DNA from: Acidobacteriota bacterium | GTDB lineage: Bacteria > Acidobacteriota > UBA4820 > DSQY01 | Assembly (NCBI GenBank): GCA_049967655.1 | Contig: JBMFSH010000001.1 | Span: forward strand, 32,001-96,000 | Direction: 5' to 3' | Length of the DNA: 64,000 nt | Shown: positions 51,704 through 62,356 of the stretch, piece after piece | Position numbering within the stretch: position 1 is the stretch's first letter | Layout of the letters: each line of letters starts with the position of its first letter | Translations under genes and position numbers: made by a program | The notes under the pieces: generated by a model | Seen by the model: the letters and a program-made list of their open reading frames with translations, nothing else | Told to the model about the DNA's origin: nothing | Database searches by the model: none

Positions 51704-52920
51704 TGCCGAGGTTCAAGTGCCGTCTGGGGACCGCTGGCGGAGAGGTGGTGATCCAGGAGATCGTGGCCGCCAGCGAGCAGTCTCTCAAGTCCTCCCTGCA
51801 GGACAAGGGCTACTACGTCTTCAGCGTCCGACCGGCGCGCTTCTGGGCCGATCTCGGCACTCAGGTGGGGCCGAGCCGGAGAAAGGTCCCCATGCGGGAC
51901 TTCGTCATCTTCAACCAGGAGTTCGCGGCGCTGTTGAAGGCCGGGCTGCCGGTGCTGACGGCGCTCGATCTTCTATCGGGCAGGCGGAAGAAGGGCGATC
52001 TGGCGAAGAACCTGGAGCTTGTGAGGGACGAGGTCCGTTCCGGGGCGAGCCTGTCGGAGGCCTTCTCCAACCGCGGCAAGGCCTTTCCTACCATCTACTC
52101 GGCCACCCTGGCCGCGGGCGAGCGATCCGGAGAGCTGGTGGCCGTGATCCAGCGCTACCTCTTCTATCTGCGGACCATGCAGGCGATCCGCAAGAAGATC
52201 CTGTCGGCCATGATCTACCCGATCATCCTGCTCTGCCTCTCCGTGGCCCTCATCTTCCTCCTGCTCACCGTCATCGTCCCCAAGTTCGCCACGCTGTTCA
52301 CGGGCACCGGCGCCCCGCTTCCCCTGCTCACCCGCGTGGTATTGAGCGTCGCGACCGTGTTCGAGTACGGTTGGCCCTTCTTCCTGGCCGCCGTCGTGGC
52401 CGTCCCGCTCGCCTTCAGGGTGATCTCCTCGCGCCCGGAGGGCAGGTTCAGGCTCGCCTCCCTGAGGATGAGGCTCCCGGTCCTGGGGGAGAATATCCGC
52501 CGGTACAACATCGCCCAGATGTGCCGCACCCTGGGCACGCTCGTGGCCGGAGGCATACCGGTGGTGACCGCCCTGGAAGTGGTGGCGGACGCCATGGGCA
52601 ACGAGCTCTACAAGGTGGAGCTCAAGCAGGTCAAGAAGGAGGTGCTGGAGGGCCAGGCGCTGTGGTCGAGCATGGAGAGGACCCGGATGATGACCACCCT
52701 GGCCGTGGAGATGGTCGAGGTGGGCGAGTCCACGGGAGCGCTCGCGGAGATGCTCGACCAGGTGAGTCAGTTCTACGACGAGGAGCTCACCACCGCCGTG
52801 GAGCGTTTCGTGGCGCTGCTCGAGCCGGCCCTGCTCCTGGTCATGGCGGTGATCATCGCCATCGTTGTCTTGTCCGTCTACATGCCGCTCTTCACCATGT
52901 ACAACTACGTAGGACAGTAG
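51703..52920 (+). CDS. pilC: T2SS/T4P platform protein (GspF/PilC)
   Basis: LLKAGLP, G.SLSEA, AGERSG, AMIYP, VGESTG.L..ML, LLEP. Confidence 0.93.
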   Translation: MPRFKCRLGTAGGEVVIQEIVAASEQSLKSSLQDKGYYVFSVRPARFWADLGTQVGPSRRKVPMRDFVIFNQEFAALLKAGLPVLTALDLLSGRRKKGDLAKNLELVRDEVRSGASLSEAFSNRGKAFPTIYSATLAAGERSGELVAVIQRYLFYLRTMQAIRKKILSAMIYPIILLCLSVALIFLLLTVIVPKFATLFTGTGAPLPLLTRVVLSVATVFEYGWPFFLAAVVAVPLAFRVISSRPEGRFRLASLRMRLPVLGENIRRYNIAQMCRTLGTLVAGGIPVVTALEVVADAMGNELYKVELKQVKKEVLEGQALWSSMERTRMMTTLAVEMVEVGESTGALAEMLDQVSQFYDEELTTAVERFVALLEPALLLVMAVIIAIVVLSVYMPLFTMYNYVGQ

Positions 52921-53069
52921 GAGGCAATGGTGGCGAGGCTTTGGAGAAGCGGGGCACGAGGGACTGAGCGCACGCCGCCCAGCGCCGGCGGGGCGAGGCG
53001 GGTCCACCGGGCGCCCCGCGCCGATCGGATCTGGGCGGCCCGCCTCCGCCCGCAGGCTTGGAGCTGAGG

Positions 53070-54689
<1,620 letters not shown>

Positions 54690-54716
<27 letters not shown>

Positions 54717-54981
54717 TCGACGACATCCTTCGGCGGTTCAGTCCCTCCCTGCCGCCCGTGGCCGCTCAGGGGCGGGCGCGGGTTCCGGACAATGGCGCGA
54801 AGCCGAATTCACTTCGGCTGGAGCGCCGACCTCTCCCCGGGGAGTTCAGCGGAGCGACCGGAGGGAGCGGAGCGCCAAGAGGGGGGCGGAGCCTCCCTCT
54901 TGGACCGACCTTCGTGGAAGAGACGCACCGATGATCGACGACATCCTTCGGCGGTTCAGTCCCTCCCTGCCGCCCGTGGCC
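54690..54981. repeat. perfect 74-bp direct repeat (54690-54763 and 54908-54981) flanking a 144-bp hairpin-rich insert
   Basis: ACCTTCGTGG...CCCGTGGCC identical in both copies; stems at 54794-54827 and 54875-54903. Confidence 0.93.
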
Positions 54982-55848
54982 ATGCTCCTGGACCCGCCCT
55001 TCCTGGGCGCTCTCAGGGTGGCCTCCAACCGCAAGGAGACGACCCCCCTCGTCCGCCACGAGGAGGTCGTCACCTCGCCCGAGGAGGGGTACCTTCCCGC
55101 CGCCGAGGAGCTCGAGGCGAAGGTGAGCGGACTCCTGGCCAGGCTGGGACAGCCCAAGCGGATCAGCGCGGTCCTGGGCGACTCCTTTTTCCGCATGCAG
55201 GTCATGAGCCTGGGCGAGTTCCCCCGGCAGGAGGAGGAGCGCCGGCAGGTCATCTTCTGGAATCTGAGGAAGTCCCTCAACGTCCCCGTGGAGTCCCTTC
55301 GGATGAGCTACGAGGTGATCCGGCGCACCCCTGGCAGCACCACGCTCTGGGTGGCGCTCTGTCCCGAAGAGCCAGCGCGGCTTCTCGAGGCGGCCTTCCA
55401 GAGGGGGGGGTGCCAGCTCGGCCACCTGGGGGCCTCCTCCGTGGAGCTCTTCAACCTCGCGCGGAGCCGGGACGTGGTGACCGACCAGGGGAACGCCCTT
55501 CTCATACACCGGACCCCCGCCTACCTCTCCTTCCTCTTCACCGAAGGCGGCCGTCCCCTCTTCTTCCGTTGCAAGGAGACCGATGCCGCGGGCGACGGAG
55601 CGGAGGAGGGACGGCTCCAGCAGGAGGTGCGCCTCACCCTCGCCTACTACAAGGACAAGCTGGGCGGCGGACCACTGGAGAAGGTGCTGGTCCACCGGTA
55701 CCCCGAGGGGGTGGACCTTCCGCTGGAAGAGCTCGAGGCCGAGGGCACCCGCATCGAGACCATGGTCTCGGCCCTGCCGCCTCTGCGCAGCGGTGCCTTA
55801 AGAGAGCCCCAGTGGATGCCCCTCTACGCGCTTCTGGAGAGGAATTGA
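54931..55848 (+). CDS. PilM-like actin-fold alignment protein
   Basis: position after the ATPase; W..RK..., P.FFR, EV..TL.YY. Confidence 0.7.
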   Translation: MIDDILRRFSPSLPPVAMLLDPPFLGALRVASNRKETTPLVRHEEVVTSPEEGYLPAAEELEAKVSGLLARLGQPKRISAVLGDSFFRMQVMSLGEFPRQEEERRQVIFWNLRKSLNVPVESLRMSYEVIRRTPGSTTLWVALCPEEPARLLEAAFQRGGCQLGHLGASSVELFNLARSRDVVTDQGNALLIHRTPAYLSFLFTEGGRPLFFRCKETDAAGDGAEEGRLQQEVRLTLAYYKDKLGGGPLEKVLVHRYPEGVDLPLEELEAEGTRIETMVSALPPLRSGALREPQWMPLYALLERN

Positions 55849-55849
55849 G

Positions 55850-56422
55850 ATGAGGCGGCTGACCATCAACCTCGCAGGAACTCCGTTCGTCAACAGGACC
55901 GTTCCGGGAGTTGCCCTTACCGTGGTCTGGGGGATCGCCCTCCTGCTGACGGCGCTCAACATCGGGTCGTTCTTTGTCCTGGGGAGGGACTACCGCACGC
56001 AGCGAGGCGTCCTGAAGGACCAGGAGGCACGCCTTTCCCACCTGCGCGCGAGCGTCGCCGAGAAGGAAAAATCGCTGCAAGGAGCCGACGTCGCATCGGT
56101 GGCCTCGGAGGCAAAGTTTGTCTCGGAGGTCCTGAAGGAAAAGCGTTTTTCCTGGATTCATTTCCTGAGCGACCTGGAACGCATCAAGCCTTACGGGGTT
56201 ATGTTCACGACCATCGTACCGCAGATCAATCCGGACGGAACGGTCGGGGTGGCCCTCACGGGAGACGCCAACCCCCGTTCGGAGCTGCTCAAGCTGGAAC
56301 AGAGCCTGATGACCGACAAGAGCTTCACGGCGGCCCAGCTCCACTCCGAGCAGAAGGAGGCCTCCAGCCCGTGGGTCCACTTTCAGATCAGCTGCACCTA
56401 CCTTCCGGGGGAGGCTCCATGA
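55850..56422 (+). CDS. PilN-like protein
   Basis: INLA motif, TM, coiled coil, FSW...L.DLE...P..V. Confidence 0.75.
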   Translation: MRRLTINLAGTPFVNRTVPGVALTVVWGIALLLTALNIGSFFVLGRDYRTQRGVLKDQEARLSHLRASVAEKEKSLQGADVASVASEAKFVSEVLKEKRFSWIHFLSDLERIKPYGVMFTTIVPQINPDGTVGVALTGDANPRSELLKLEQSLMTDKSFTAAQLHSEQKEASSPWVHFQISCTYLPGEAP

Positions 56423-57036
56423 GTCTCGAGGTTATCATCCGGCGCAAGCTCGGTCTCCTGCTGGCGGTGGCCGCCGGCCTCGCGGCGCTGAACCTGGCCG
56501 TCTATTTGGTGGCCGTCTCCCGGCTGGATCACTACGCCCGTGCCACGAGGCAGCAGGTCGAATCCAACCGCCGGGAACTGAAGACGCTGGAGGACAAGGA
56601 GCGGACCCTCACCCTCGCGGTCAATCGCGTGAGCAACGACCGGAAGGTCATGGACGAGCTGGCCGGGCAGGTCTTCCGCACGCGGCAGCAGCGTTTCGTG
56701 GATTTGCAGACGGGCCTCAAATCCCTGATCGACGCCCACCATCTCCAACTGAACAACTTTTCCTACGGGTACGAGTTCATCCCCTCGCCGGACAAGAGGG
56801 AGGGCTGGTCCCACCGGTACATCCGAGTCCGCATGACTCTGCCCCTCACGGGGCCGTATCAGGAGATCAAGGCCCTCATCCAGGCCCTTCAGGAGTCGCC
56901 CCTCTTCTTCACCGTGGATGCCCTGTCACTCTCCTCCAGCCCGCAGTCGGCGGGTACAATCCGCGTGAACGTGGCCATCAGCACCTACTTCGTGGCGACC
57001 CCGGAGGACTTTCCGCCGAAGGAGGCCAAGTCGTGA
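56419..57036 (+). CDS. PilO/GspM-like protein
   Basis: TM, coiled coil, L.G.Y..I..LI..L..SP.F. Confidence 0.72.
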   Translation: MSLEVIIRRKLGLLLAVAAGLAALNLAVYLVAVSRLDHYARATRQQVESNRRELKTLEDKERTLTLAVNRVSNDRKVMDELAGQVFRTRQQRFVDLQTGLKSLIDAHHLQLNNFSYGYEFIPSPDKREGWSHRYIRVRMTLPLTGPYQEIKALIQALQESPLFFTVDALSLSSSPQSAGTIRVNVAISTYFVATPEDFPPKEAKS

Positions 57037-57764
57037 CCAGACGGTTCGTCATCGCCCTCGCCGCTCTCGGGGCCCTCACCCTCGCGTTGTCGTGCAGCTC
57101 GGGCGCCCTCGGCGCGAACGGCACCGTGGACCCAGAGACGGGGGAGCGGATGGGACCGCGGCCGCACCGTGCGATCCCCAAGGCGCAGCGGGTTTCTGAC
57201 ATACCTTCCCTTTCCCTCGAGGGCATCTCTCTGCCGGTGGACCAGGCAGCGGATGGCAAGCAGGCCCGGGAACCTGGAAAGACGGCCCAGCCGGCTCCAG
57301 TGGCGCGAGCGCAGGGCCTCTCCCGCCCAGGGCCGGCGGCTCCGCCCCCCGCGGACGCCGGGGACGACGAGGCCGGGCTTCCGCCGCGGAACCTCTTCGC
57401 CTTTGAACAAGACCCCGCCGTGATCCTGGCGCAGCGGCGCCAGGCCCAGGAGGCAGCCGAGAAAGCGGCGGAGGCCGCCAAGAAGGCCCAGTGGCTCAAG
57501 GCTCACACCTACGGACCGCCTCCGCCTCCGCCTCCGCCTCAGCCTCCGGCCATCCCCTTCTCCTTCATCGGCTACTTTGGACCGGCGGACAACCGTCTCG
57601 CCGTGTTCCAGACCCAGGGATCCAACGTACTCTTGCTGGCCCGCAAGGGAGAGACGGTTTTGAACCAGTTCCGCGTGGTCGACATCGGCTACGAATCCGC
57701 CGAGATCGGTTTCCAGGGGTTCAAGGAGACCAGGCGAATCCCCTTGATTGGAGGAGGGAAGTAA
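57033..57764 (+). CDS. PilP/GspC-like proline-rich lipoprotein
   Basis: lipobox LALSC, RNLF.F, poly-Pro, F.FIGY, A..GE.....FRV..I. Confidence 0.6.
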   Translation: MTRRFVIALAALGALTLALSCSSGALGANGTVDPETGERMGPRPHRAIPKAQRVSDIPSLSLEGISLPVDQAADGKQAREPGKTAQPAPVARAQGLSRPGPAAPPPADAGDDEAGLPPRNLFAFEQDPAVILAQRRQAQEAAEKAAEAAKKAQWLKAHTYGPPPPPPPPQPPAIPFSFIGYFGPADNRLAVFQTQGSNVLLLARKGETVLNQFRVVDIGYESAEIGFQGFKETRRIPLIGGGK

Positions 57765-57765
57765 G

Positions 57766-60069
57766 GTGCGCGCGAGAATCCTCAAGACCATCCTGATGAT
57801 GAGCCTACTGACCCTGGCCCTCTCCTGCGGCTCGGTCGCCTTCCACCGGGGGGATTACCTCTACGAGCACCAGAACTACGACGAGGCGGTGGCGAACCTC
57901 GAAAAGGCCCTCAAGGAGAGCCCCCGCAACGTGAAATACAAGACCACCCTCGTGCGCGCTCGTTTGGCGGCCTCCCAGTGGCACTTCGAGAGGGGAAAAA
58001 TGGCGGCCGCCCACGGCGACTACGACGTAGCCGTCCGGGAGATTCAGAAGGCCCTCGAGTACGACCCCGGCAATCAGTACGCCAAGGACACCATGAACAG
58101 CATCATCCAGACCCTGCGCGACAAACAGGCGAAGGAGAGGGCGGCTCTCCCCTCCATCGACCAGATGGAGAAGAAGGCCGACAAGGATCTGGGCGTGCCC
58201 CGGCTGGACCCCGCCTCCAACATCCCCATCGTCCTCAAGTTCACCAACACCCCGCTCAAGACCATCCTGGACGCCATCTCGAAGGCCAGCGGAATCAACA
58301 TCCTCTACGACGACCGCGTGGAGCAGAACAAGCCGATCACCGTGGATTTCTCGAAGGAGCCCCTGGCCACGGTCCTCGACTACCTCATGATGCAGACCAA
58401 GAACTTCTACAAGGTGATCGACGCCCACACGCTCATCATCGTACCGGACACGAGGCAGAAACGGGACGAGTACCAGGATCAGGTCATCCGCACCTTCTAC
58501 CTCTCCAACGCCGACGCCAAGGACGTGTTCCAGCTCGTTCGCTCCATCATCCAGGCGCGGAAGATGGCCATGAACCAGGATCTGAACTCCATCACCATCG
58601 AGGACACGCCGGAGAACGTCGCCATCGCCCAGCGAATCATTGAGGACAACGACAAGAGCAAGGGCGAGGTGGCGGTGGACGTGGAGCTCCTGGAGGTGGA
58701 CGACAACAAGCTGCGGAACCTGGGCATTGATTTGAGCAACCACACTTTCACCGTCGGGCCCAACATGAACGTGACCAAGGACACCAACGGGAACGCGACG
58801 GGCATCGGGACGGGCCCGCCCGTCCCCCTGAACGAATTGGGCCGGACCCTTTCGCACGGACTGATGGTCTTCCCGGTTCCGAACATCATCGTCAACATGC
58901 TGCTGACGGATACCAACAGCAGGGTTCTCGCCAAGCCGCAGGTGAGGGTGATGGAGGGGCAGAAGGCCAGCGTGCACATCGGCGAGAAGATCCCCATCCC
59001 CACCTCCAACCAGTACCTCAACACGGCCGGCGGCACCACCAACTACACCCCCATCACCTCCTTCACCTACCAGGACATCGGCGTGAAGGTCGAGCTGGAG
59101 CCCCGCGTCCACCACAACAAGGAGGTGACCATCAAGCTCAAGGCGGACGTCTCCTCCATCGCGGGCTACGTCTCTTCCTCGAGTCCGCTGACTCCTTCAC
59201 AGCCCATCCTGGGGACGAGGGAGATCTCCACGACCATCCGTCTGGAGGACGGCGAGACAAGCATGCTGGCGGGGCTCATCCAGCGCAACGACCAGAGAGC
59301 GATTTCGGGCTTGCCGGGTGTCGCCGAGATTCCCCTGCTGCGCCGCCTCTTTTCCAATACCCAAGATACTCACACCACCACCGACGTGGTCATGCTCCTG
59401 ACGCCTCACATTGTCCGCATGCCCAACATCACCGAGAAGGACCTCCAGCCGCTCTGGGTTGGCACCACCGACCGGCCCATGGTCGAGGGCTTTGACAACC
59501 CCTTCGGCCCCAGTCCTTCTCCGGCCGAGCCCCAGCCCGCGCCCAAGGCGAGCTCCCAGGCCACGCAGCCTAAGCAGGACAGCGACAATGGCGGCCAGGA
59601 CCAGAGCACCAACGAGAATGCCCGCCTCCTGGTGAGCCCCACCAACATCAGCGTGAAACCGGGCGATCCAGTGGTACTCAACCTGGTGTTGCTCGGCGGA
59701 AAGGACCTCAAGAGCCTCCACGCCGACGTGAACTTCCCGGCGGATGCCCTCCAATTCCAAGGGGCCGACGAGGGGACCTTCTTCCAGATGGGCGGCGCCC
59801 CCACCACCTTCGCCGCACCGCAGTCGGGGCCAGGGCTCGTCTCCCTCGACGCGGGGCGGGCGGACTCGGGCGGCTCCTCGGGGGCGGGCTTGGTGGCCCG
59901 GCTCAAGTTCACGGCATCGAAGCCCGGCGAGGTGAGGATCAACATTGGAGGACTCACGGCCACGGCCGTGTCCGGCGGGGCCGTTTCCCTGCCGCCGGTC
60001 TTCGCCGTGGTCACCGTTCAGCAACCCCCCTCCCAGCCGCCGGCTGCAGCCACTGGCAAGGGAGCTTAG
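57766..60069 (+). CDS. gspD: secretin (GspD/PilQ) with N-terminal TPRs and C-terminal cohesin-like domain
   Basis: lipobox LALSC, TPR, RTFYLSNA, LAKPQ, IGEKIP, YQDIG, L.DGET, LLTPHIVR, cohesin-like beta tail. Confidence 0.92.
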   Translation: MRARILKTILMMSLLTLALSCGSVAFHRGDYLYEHQNYDEAVANLEKALKESPRNVKYKTTLVRARLAASQWHFERGKMAAAHGDYDVAVREIQKALEYDPGNQYAKDTMNSIIQTLRDKQAKERAALPSIDQMEKKADKDLGVPRLDPASNIPIVLKFTNTPLKTILDAISKASGINILYDDRVEQNKPITVDFSKEPLATVLDYLMMQTKNFYKVIDAHTLIIVPDTRQKRDEYQDQVIRTFYLSNADAKDVFQLVRSIIQARKMAMNQDLNSITIEDTPENVAIAQRIIEDNDKSKGEVAVDVELLEVDDNKLRNLGIDLSNHTFTVGPNMNVTKDTNGNATGIGTGPPVPLNELGRTLSHGLMVFPVPNIIVNMLLTDTNSRVLAKPQVRVMEGQKASVHIGEKIPIPTSNQYLNTAGGTTNYTPITSFTYQDIGVKVELEPRVHHNKEVTIKLKADVSSIAGYVSSSSPLTPSQPILGTREISTTIRLEDGETSMLAGLIQRNDQRAISGLPGVAEIPLLRRLFSNTQDTHTTTDVVMLLTPHIVRMPNITEKDLQPLWVGTTDRPMVEGFDNPFGPSPSPAEPQPAPKASSQATQPKQDSDNGGQDQSTNENARLLVSPTNISVKPGDPVVLNLVLLGGKDLKSLHADVNFPADALQFQGADEGTFFQMGGAPTTFAAPQSGPGLVSLDAGRADSGGSSGAGLVARLKFTASKPGEVRINIGGLTATAVSGGAVSLPPVFAVVTVQQPPSQPPAAATGKGA

Positions 60070-60082
60070 GGAGCCGCATCCC

Positions 60083-60562
60083 ATGAAAGCACACACCCGT
60101 ACCGGCGAGAGGGGAATCTCCCTCATGGAGGTGGGTCTGGCGGTGGCCCTCCTGGCCATCATGGCCCTCGTGGCCGTTCCTGCTTCGCAGATCATGGACC
60201 GGCGGCTCAAGGAGATGGAGCTGCGGCACGACCTGCGCGAGATGAGGGAGGCGATCGACGAATACCACCGCTACGCCGTTCAGGGCCTGATCAAACAGAC
60301 CGACGTGACGCAGGATTTCTACCCGCCGGATCTGAAGACGCTGGTGAAGGGAGTGGCGGTGTCGGGACAGGCGCCGGACACCAAGATGCGATTTCTTCGG
60401 AGGATCCCCATCGACCCCATGACCGGCACCGACGAGTGGGGCCTTCGATCCACGCGGGATGAACCAGACTCCACCATGTGGGGAGGGGAGAACGTCTATG
60501 ATGTCTACTCCGAAAGCACCGCCCTCGCCCTGGACGGAAAGACCCACTACAACCAATGGTGA
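60083..60562 (+). CDS. GspG-like pseudopilin
   Basis: ERG/ISLME prepilin site, KE.ELR..LRE.R.AID, YP..L..LV.G, RRIPIDPMTG. Confidence 0.88.
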   Translation: MKAHTRTGERGISLMEVGLAVALLAIMALVAVPASQIMDRRLKEMELRHDLREMREAIDEYHRYAVQGLIKQTDVTQDFYPPDLKTLVKGVAVSGQAPDTKMRFLRRIPIDPMTGTDEWGLRSTRDEPDSTMWGGENVYDVYSESTALALDGKTHYNQW

Positions 60563-60589
60563 GCAAGGCCGTGACGAGGTGATGAGGTG

Positions 60590-61126
60590 ATGAGGGAAAG
60601 AAACGGGGAGGCGGATGTCCGCGAGGGCCAACCGTTGAGCGCCGTCGAACCGTCGGGCGCGGATTCCTCCGCCTCTCTGCCATCCAGTGCACTCCCTCCC
60701 GTCCCCCTCCGCCGGTTCCGGCCGCGTGGGCAGAAGGGCTTCACCCTGATGGAGCTCATGGTGGTGGTGGCCATCATCGGGATTCTGGTCAGCATGGCGG
60801 TGCCCACTTACCGGACCATCGTCGAGAGGGCGAAGGAGACCGTCCTCCGGGAGAACCTCTACACCCTTCGAGACGTCATCGACCAGTACTACGCCGACAA
60901 GGGCAAGTACCCAGACAGCCTGGACAGCCTCGTTTCCGCCGGGTACCTGCGCCGTCTTCCCATCGATCCCATCACCGGCAAATCCGATTGGGTCACGGTT
61001 CCCTATTCGGGCAACGAGCCCGGCCAGCTGCAACCCACCGAGGGCGAAAGCACGGGGGGCATCTGGGACGTCCATTCGGCCTCGGACGCGGTGGGGAGCG
61101 ATGGGACGAAGTACAGTACGTGGTAG
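60590..61126 (+). CDS. gspG: GspG-like major pseudopilin
   Basis: QKG/FTLMELMVV, L...R..ID.Y..D.G.YP.SL..LV..GYLR..PIDP; start uncertain (long leader). Confidence 0.88.
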   Translation: MRERNGEADVREGQPLSAVEPSGADSSASLPSSALPPVPLRRFRPRGQKGFTLMELMVVVAIIGILVSMAVPTYRTIVERAKETVLRENLYTLRDVIDQYYADKGKYPDSLDSLVSAGYLRRLPIDPITGKSDWVTVPYSGNEPGQLQPTEGESTGGIWDVHSASDAVGSDGTKYSTW

Positions 61127-61134
61127 GGGATTGG

Positions 61135-61254
61135 GCGATGAAGCGATTAAGCTATTAAGCGATGAAGCGATTAAGCTATTAAGCGATGAAGCGATTAAGC
61201 AATTGAGCGATTAAGCTGTTAGGCGGTTGGGCCGTGAGGCGATGGAGCGATGAA
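61135..61254. repeat. 8-nt tandem array with a 24-nt higher-order unit
   Basis: (GCGATGAA GCGATTAA GCTATTAA)x2 then degenerating octamers, 15 units. Confidence 0.92.
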
Positions 61255-61310
61255 GAAACCGAGCGGCGCCCGGCAGGGGCGCTGACCACGTGGCGGAAAC
61301 GGGCGGCTCC

Positions 61311-62072
61311 ATGAAGCGGCGCGAAGCCGGGGTGGTGTTCATCTGGGTGCTGGTGGGTCTCTTCGTGATGGCCATCATGTTGATGGCCGCGGTCCAGCCC
61401 GCCTCCGTGATCATGCAGCGCGAGCGCGAGGCCGAGCTGCGCTTCAGCGGGAGGGCCTACGTGGAGGCCATCCGGGAGTATCAACAGGAACACGGCGGCG
61501 CCTTCCCCAACAAGCTCGAGGACCTCATGAAGGAGGGGCCCAAGCAGCACCGCTACATCCGCCAGCTCTACCCCAACCCCTTCGCCCCCGACGGGAAGTG
61601 GGGCCTGCTGGCCCCAGGGGCCACCGTCGTGACCGTGGACAAGGACGGGAAGGTCCACTATGAATCCCAGGGCGGCCCCCCCACGGGGGGCGTGCCGGGT
61701 TCGCCGTGGGTCATCCCCGGCGCGCCTGGGACACAGCCGACGTTTCCGGGCCAGGCAGGCCAAATCCCTATGGGAAATCAGACCGGCCAATTGCCCACCG
61801 GCGGCGAGATGGGAGAGGCCGGCTCCTCCGGGACCGCGGCCCAGCCCACGCAGATCCTGCCCTTCCGCCTGGACGGCAAGGAGGGAGAGCCCATTCTCGG
61901 CGTCTGGTGCAACGAGCACAAGAAGGCCTTCCGGCCCTTTCTGGGCAAGGATTACTACGACCAGTGGTTCTTCTCGCCTCTGGTCGTTCCCCCGCCGCTT
62001 CCCGTGGGCATCCAGGGCGTGCAGACCCAGCCTCCCGCCGGGACCAACCCCTCGAAGCCGGAGTCGGAATGA
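61311..62072 (+). CDS. minor pseudopilin lacking Glu5 (GspK/PilX-like)
   Basis: REAG/VVFIW hydrophobic helix, RE.EL...G, AI..Y, P..LE.L, RY.R.LYP.P. Confidence 0.7.
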   Translation: MKRREAGVVFIWVLVGLFVMAIMLMAAVQPASVIMQREREAELRFSGRAYVEAIREYQQEHGGAFPNKLEDLMKEGPKQHRYIRQLYPNPFAPDGKWGLLAPGATVVTVDKDGKVHYESQGGPPTGGVPGSPWVIPGAPGTQPTFPGQAGQIPMGNQTGQLPTGGEMGEAGSSGTAAQPTQILPFRLDGKEGEPILGVWCNEHKKAFRPFLGKDYYDQWFFSPLVVPPPLPVGIQGVQTQPPAGTNPSKPESE

Positions 62073-62356
62073 AAAGGCCGCAGGGCCCAAAGTCCTCCAT
62101 CCACCGCGACGCCCCCGAAAGAAAATTCATTCCGAAGCGTTAGAAGAGGGCCGGGCCTCGGACAACCGAAGGCGGGTTGGAGCGTGGCCCATCCTGCCCG
62201 GCATCCGAGCCCTGGGTTAAAATGGCCCTCTGGCTGGACGTCTTTCCAGCGCGCCCCTCCAGGGCCCGATGGGCTGGCTTCGAGCGTGAGCTTGGTGAGG
62301 CGGCGGGCGGGTGGAGTCGGCTGGAGACTTCAGGGAGCCTCGGGGTGAAGAGCGGA

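Noticed and set aside
52927..53067. 46-codon ORF between pilC and pilB
   Set aside because: Arg/Ala/Gly/Pro-rich, no motif, not in frame with pilB; likely chance.
57517..57546. CCGCCT microsatellite as a phase-variation tract
   Set aside because: In-frame hexamer encoding a poly-proline linker; slippage would not shift the frame.
61135..61254. Possible CRISPR array
   Set aside because: Units are contiguous octamers with no unique spacers, and no cas genes are present.
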